Positions 59,795 through 64,000 of a stretch of DNA of 64,000 nt are shown here, piece after piece (positions within the stretch are counted from its first letter, which is position 1; each line of letters begins with the position of its first letter). The position numbers and the translations under genes were made by a program. The notes under the pieces are model-generated. The model did not search any database and had not been told where the DNA came from. It saw nothing but the letters and a program-made list of their open reading frames with translations. This DNA comes from a virus: the IMG/VR virus record IMGVR_UViG_3300031950_000001, positions 1 to 64,000 of that record; one strand, given 5' to 3'.

Positions 59795-60562
59795 ATGCCT
59801 AAAATTACCGATCTTAATGTGCTTCCACGTGCCGAACTCAGCTCCAGCGACAAACTGGAAGTTGTTGACGTCAGTGATCATACAATGGCCCCTACGGGGA
59901 CGAATAAGACCATTACGGCCGGAAGCCTTGTAGGAGAACTATTAAACGCCGTTCCAGGCACGATTGTCGCCAATGCGGCGGTTGTAGCCAATTCGTCTGG
60001 TCAGATTGCCCCTGGGGTGGGGCAGACGCAACTTACGACGCTTGCTGTCGAACCAGGCGCCTGGACTTCCGGGAAGGCGCTTGTTGTTGATACAAACGGC
60101 AAGCTGAATTCCGTAAGCTCAAGCCAGTTTCAGACGCTTAACGTTACGGCGGGGTCGTGGACAGCGGGGAAGGCACTCGTTGTTGCAGCAGACGGTAAAA
60201 TAAATTCCGTTTCGTCGAGTCAGTTCCAGGCTCTAAACACAACTCCGGGAGATATTGCGCCAAATAAAGCCGTTGTTCCCGATTCGTACGGTTCGATGGC
60301 ATCGTCGACCGTAAGCATTAACACCGGGAATCCCGGAAGCATTGAGATTTTAAAAGGCGGAACATCGGTTGTTATTACAGGCGATACGATCACCATCGCG
60401 GACGGCACGTCTTCGATCACGGTCACGAAATCTTCGTTTGTAGGGTCTGGATCGCCGCTTATTGTTAAGTGGCAAGGGCTTCCAACCTCCGAAGTCGGTC
60501 TTGAGAATTATCAGCTTTGGATCGATGAGTTGGGCTATCTCAGGATGAAGCTACCCACCTAA
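59795..60562 (+). CDS. Putative fibre/structural protein
   Basis: KITDL...D...VD.S N-terminus and internal repeats (GxWTxGKALVV..GK.NSVSSSQFQ). Confidence 0.6.
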   Translation: MPKITDLNVLPRAELSSSDKLEVVDVSDHTMAPTGTNKTITAGSLVGELLNAVPGTIVANAAVVANSSGQIAPGVGQTQLTTLAVEPGAWTSGKALVVDTNGKLNSVSSSQFQTLNVTAGSWTAGKALVVAADGKINSVSSSQFQALNTTPGDIAPNKAVVPDSYGSMASSTVSINTGNPGSIEILKGGTSVVITGDTITIADGTSSITVTKSSFVGSGSPLIVKWQGLPTSEVGLENYQLWIDELGYLRMKLPT

Positions 60563-60638
60563 TTTTTGATTCCGGAATCAAAAATTTCGTAATCGCGTCT
60601 CGACCTCTCTACTATCGCCAATTCCGGAAGCCGAATCT

Positions 60639-60842
60639 ATGAGCATCATAGAGACGCTCAAACGGGCCTTAGACGGCAAAGAGTTTTGGCTACTCGATAT
60701 GTCCAAAGTAGCCGACGACAGGGTTCATCTTGCGAATATTCTTCATCAATTAGAGCTTTCTAAGACCGACGATATGGAGCGGAAGCAGCTGTTCGATCTG
60801 CTCTATATCATTTTCGCCGAAGACCCGTTCCGCAGGAAATAA
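60639..60842 (+). CDS. Hypothetical protein
   Basis: 67-aa ORF coupled to the next gene. Confidence 0.55.
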   Translation: MSIIETLKRALDGKEFWLLDMSKVADDRVHLANILHQLELSKTDDMERKQLFDLLYIIFAEDPFRRK

Positions 60843-60845
60843 ACG

Positions 60846-61664
60846 ATGGCCACTATTCGTGAAGAGATTCCTCAATTCTTAGGGCAGCCGGTTTACTCCA
60901 AAAAGACTGCCTTCCATACCAAGGCAGGTATGGATGCGCCGCTGGAAGCTGTAATACGCGATGATAACGGTAATCCTATCAACCTTGGCCACTCCGGGCC
61001 TTACGGACAGGCCAGTTTAAAAGCCTATTTCCAAGAGGGAAGCCAGCCGGATTGGTTTCCCGATTCTTCCGATGTTACGATCATCGATCGCGATGGCGGA
61101 AGAATTTCTTTTTCGCTTCTCGATCAAGTCAAGAACGTTCCGGGTATCTATAATGTTCTCGTAAAAATCTTCGATAAAGACGACAAGTGGGTCGATTCCC
61201 GGGAATACTTTGTTTATATCGATCCTTCGCCCGATCAGAAACAAAGTACCGAATTCCCCCCGATATCGCGTGTTCGGCTAGCCCTATTTGACACAAGCCC
61301 AATCGAAAATGAGCTCCTTGGCCAGAAGCAGTTTAATCTGACCGATATCTGTATTGCGGCCATCGAAGCCGTTGATGAATGGAATACATCTCCTCCGTTT
61401 ACCCCGCGGCTTATGGTTACTACGAATTCTATTTGGGACTGCTGCAATTTTATTACCGGGGTCAAGCTAAAGCTCTATTCCATGCTTGTCGAGCATTATC
61501 GAAAGAATAGTCTTGCATACCAAGCCGCCGGCATTGCCATTAACGATAGCAAGCTTCAAGAATATAGTGTGGCGTTAGCTGAGGCGCAGCGTAAGTATCT
61601 CGAAGAAGTGATGCGTCTGAAGTATCATCGCAATATGATGAATACCTTCCGCATTATTCCATGA
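60846..61664 (+). CDS. Putative head-tail adaptor/neck protein
   Basis: RL.L.D....N.LL, WN.SPP and N.L.Y...G....D pattern; located after the capsid module. Confidence 0.55.
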   Translation: MATIREEIPQFLGQPVYSKKTAFHTKAGMDAPLEAVIRDDNGNPINLGHSGPYGQASLKAYFQEGSQPDWFPDSSDVTIIDRDGGRISFSLLDQVKNVPGIYNVLVKIFDKDDKWVDSREYFVYIDPSPDQKQSTEFPPISRVRLALFDTSPIENELLGQKQFNLTDICIAAIEAVDEWNTSPPFTPRLMVTTNSIWDCCNFITGVKLKLYSMLVEHYRKNSLAYQAAGIAINDSKLQEYSVALAEAQRKYLEEVMRLKYHRNMMNTFRIIP

Positions 61665-61676
61665 GACGGAGACGCC

Positions 61677-62951
61677 ATGCTCGTCAAACAAGCTGCCCGA
61701 AAGCTTATAAAAGCCGTTGGCAATATTGCTGCCGAAGATTTGTCGAAGGCAAAGACGAGGGCCGAAGCTCGAAAGCGGCTTCGCGAATTAAGAATTGCCC
61801 TTACATACGGTAAAAGGCCTGTCGAGGTTGCGGCGATCAATATGGTCTTGGATCTTTTCCGAGACATCGTGGATAAATTAGACCCAACCTACATTCGAGA
61901 ATGGTGGGAGGAAACGGAGAAACAATTCCAGGAAGAACAAGAAGAGATGGCGCAATCGGTAGATGTTAAAGAACTGGCCGAACAGCTGCCGGACTATGCC
62001 GCTGCGCCGATAAAGCGATTGGACGACATATGGGCGCGGGTTTATCTGACACATGGTGATGAGCGTCTTATTGACGCATATTTTGTTAAGAAAAGCAAGG
62101 GCAAATATGAAGTCAATCCCAGAGTCAAACAGGCTTTTGCCCATCTGTTGAAGAATTTCGGCTCTAATATCGACAAACTCTATATGGAGGCCACTGGGGT
62201 CGGCCGCGTGATGGGCTTTTTCCAGCGGATTAAAGACGAGCCCATTATTGCGCTCGCACCGACTAAAGGTGTTGCCTTGTTGCAGACGTTGTACCACGAG
62301 CTCGTACACGCTACTGCGCCAAAGTACCTACTCGAATTGCAAAAGCATCCGCATACCAGCACGTTGACTCGAAGCCGAATCAGGCTAATCAATGAAATTT
62401 CTTCCGAAATTGCGACGAGAGCCTTTAATGACTGGGTTCAAGAAAACTATACGCCGGAAGTGCTAGTCGCGATTAAAAACGGCGTCCTCCCAGTGCCCGA
62501 TACGCCAAAATGGAAGGAGTTTGTGAAACGACACAATATCCAGATCGAACCTCCTGCGATACCTCGGCATCCTATTGAAATACTTGCAGGAACCGAAGAG
62601 TCCGAACCGCTTGTTGAAGAGCTTGCCGGGTACAAAGGCGTTGGGCCTATTCGTCGTACGTTATATCGAATTTGGGACGTTCTATATGGGCCGTCATATT
62701 ATCTAGGAGGCTACAAAGTGGGTGCAGTGCAGCCGAATAAAGCCGATCCTCGGGTTGCGCCGGGAGGCATCAATCCTCCTCCTCCTCCTGGTGCGCAATC
62801 GCCGCTTCAACGGGCGCCTACCAATCAGCCTAATAACCCGACACTTGCGAAATGGATGCTCGTTATTAATACGATGAAGAAAATATTGCAGTCGTTACAG
62901 CAGAACACGCCCGGTACGCCGCAAGCACCATCGACTCCAAATGTGGCCTAA
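61677..62951 (+). CDS. Protein with HExxH zinc-metallopeptidase-like motif
   Basis: LYHELVHA with downstream Glu residues (NEISSE); N-terminal MLVKQA|A. Confidence 0.55.
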   Translation: MLVKQAARKLIKAVGNIAAEDLSKAKTRAEARKRLRELRIALTYGKRPVEVAAINMVLDLFRDIVDKLDPTYIREWWEETEKQFQEEQEEMAQSVDVKELAEQLPDYAAAPIKRLDDIWARVYLTHGDERLIDAYFVKKSKGKYEVNPRVKQAFAHLLKNFGSNIDKLYMEATGVGRVMGFFQRIKDEPIIALAPTKGVALLQTLYHELVHATAPKYLLELQKHPHTSTLTRSRIRLINEISSEIATRAFNDWVQENYTPEVLVAIKNGVLPVPDTPKWKEFVKRHNIQIEPPAIPRHPIEILAGTEESEPLVEELAGYKGVGPIRRTLYRIWDVLYGPSYYLGGYKVGAVQPNKADPRVAPGGINPPPPPGAQSPLQRAPTNQPNNPTLAKWMLVINTMKKILQSLQQNTPGTPQAPSTPNVA

Positions 62952-63750
62952 TATCCCTCCAAATACACCACCCTTTAAATGGGTCGTCTGCGAAACAGAG
63001 ACAGGATATTGGACAATATCCTGGGACTTAGAGGGACCGTTTTCTGATCCAACACCTTGGAACTTTCAAGTCCAGATCAACAATCTCAATAGTCAAGATA
63101 ACGCTTGGGAAAACATCGGCGATCCTATCCAAGATGGCAACTTCGTTAGGATCGAACAAGGACGGCATTATATTCCGAACGTTACCCCACTGTTTAGGGT
63201 CGTCCTAACCACCCCTTCAGGCCAATACATATCCGGAGCAGTCGCCTCGCTTGGGGAGCTTACCTGGCGTCAGCGTTATATTGCAAAAAAGCTTTATCGA
63301 TTGCTTCGTTTAGAGCGTCCTTCGATGCCTCGAATTCGAGGCCAACTGTTACATCGTCGAATTGTCGGTCAGCCGTGCACATGTTCTGCGGCGGCAGCCT
63401 CCATTAAATCTGCCGTCGATAGCAAATGCCGAATCTGCTTTGGTACGGGGATTGTAGGCGGATTTTGGCGTCCTGCCGATTCTCCGGTGATTTTCATCGG
63501 AGGCCAGCAGATTGCAGCCAAGATGGATCCAAAACTGGGTACGGTAGTAAGCGCGGTTAAGCAAGGGCTTTTTGTCGGCCTTCCTTTTGTTTATCCGAGG
63601 GATGTCTGGGTAGACAGCGTATCCAAGATGAGATATCTTATACGAGAAGCCAACATTACGGCCGAACTTAATGGTATTCCCGTTGTCATTCAGGCCGGAA
63701 TGAGCCTTATTCCGCCCGATAATCCTATTTACGACCTGAAGGTTGCGTAA
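62941..63750 (+). CDS. Putative head-closure/neck protein with zinc finger
   Basis: CTC...CRICFGTGIVGGF motif; neck-module position. Confidence 0.55.
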   Translation: MWPNIPPNTPPFKWVVCETETGYWTISWDLEGPFSDPTPWNFQVQINNLNSQDNAWENIGDPIQDGNFVRIEQGRHYIPNVTPLFRVVLTTPSGQYISGAVASLGELTWRQRYIAKKLYRLLRLERPSMPRIRGQLLHRRIVGQPCTCSAAAASIKSAVDSKCRICFGTGIVGGFWRPADSPVIFIGGQQIAAKMDPKLGTVVSAVKQGLFVGLPFVYPRDVWVDSVSKMRYLIREANITAELNGIPVVIQAGMSLIPPDNPIYDLKVA

Positions 63751-64000
63751 ATGTCCGAAGACCCTTTTGTCGTAATTCCGTACGAAGAGGTTTGTCGAAA
63801 CGGTCCTTCGCCGTTGTATTTTGATCGGGTCCTAAAGGAACTGCTGGCAGAGCATTTTTCCGATTCGACACGAATCATTTCTCCTTATTTGCGAAATAAA
63901 ATCTACTCGCCGGATTACACCGAGACGCAACTTAGAATCGAACCTTATTATGTATGGACGCCTGAATCAGCCGATCAGACCCCGGCCATCATTCTTACCC
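63751..64000 (+). CDS. Probable tail-completion protein (3' truncated)
   Basis: Open frame MSEDPFVV...PAIILT starts directly after the previous stop; call is positional. Confidence 0.4.
   Translation, partial: MSEDPFVVIPYEEVCRNGPSPLYFDRVLKELLAEHFSDSTRIISPYLRNKIYSPDYTETQLRIEPYYVWTPESADQTPAIILT

Larger units (their letters stand above)
6916..60581. repeat. Dispersed 16-bp palindrome TTGATTCCGGAATCAA (21 copies), often extended by AAAT/ATTT
   Basis: Exact copies start at 6916, 11235, 12287, 17815, 18657, 20513, 25944, 36327, 37960, 38947, 41095, 42054, 46348, 46409, 55143, 60566. One-mismatch copies start at 16889, 18602, 28737, 30468, 43054. Confidence 0.95.

Noticed and set aside
6916-60581. 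ORF-track entries or extensions beginning MIPES(N/K) (12287, 16904, 17815, 18657, 25959, 42069)
   Set aside because: These are artefacts of the TTG inside the palindrome. Real starts are downstream, or the ORFs are spurious.
6916-60581. Palindrome as a CRISPR repeat
   Set aside because: Copies are kilobases apart with no regular spacers, and no cas genes are evident.
1-64000. tRNA or rRNA genes
   Set aside because: No cloverleaf with a TTC-GAA T-loop and acceptor stem, and no rRNA-like stretch, was noticed by eye; tRNAscan-SE would confirm.

Overview
This window looks like part of a large tailed-phage genome. The host may be a Planctomycete, a weak inference from the CsrA, RimI-like and GT2 protein styles. 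Layout: (i) 1-5.6 kb, a glycosyltransferase/radical-SAM cluster (one GT gene interrupted by a TnpB-derived miniature element) plus csrA. (ii) 6.9-17.8 kb, an array of short transcription units mostly driven by one bipartite motif (CTAAA-N16/17-GGCATTTA). They encode an AcrIII-1 (DUF1874) ring nuclease plus a degenerate paralog, nine 46-58 aa two-helix membrane peptides, and a family of ORF-less structured RNAs with visible covariation. (iii) 19-47 kb, a multisubunit RNA polymerase split as a beta-beta'N fusion and a separate beta'C, flanking or next to three paralog families whose conserved N-terminal leaders nearly all end in K-x-A and are followed by variable cargo domains. (iv) 47-64 kb, the head/neck module: candidate prohead protease, scaffold, decoration protein, major capsid protein and neck proteins, mostly rich in K-x-A sites. 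A perfect 16-bp palindrome, TTGATTCCGGAATCAA, occurs 21 times, nearly always at gene junctions. The most novel-looking systems are the K-x-A leader-tagged polymorphic cargo families, the structured ncRNA family and the dispersed palindrome. All calls come from reading motifs by eye; no database search was run.
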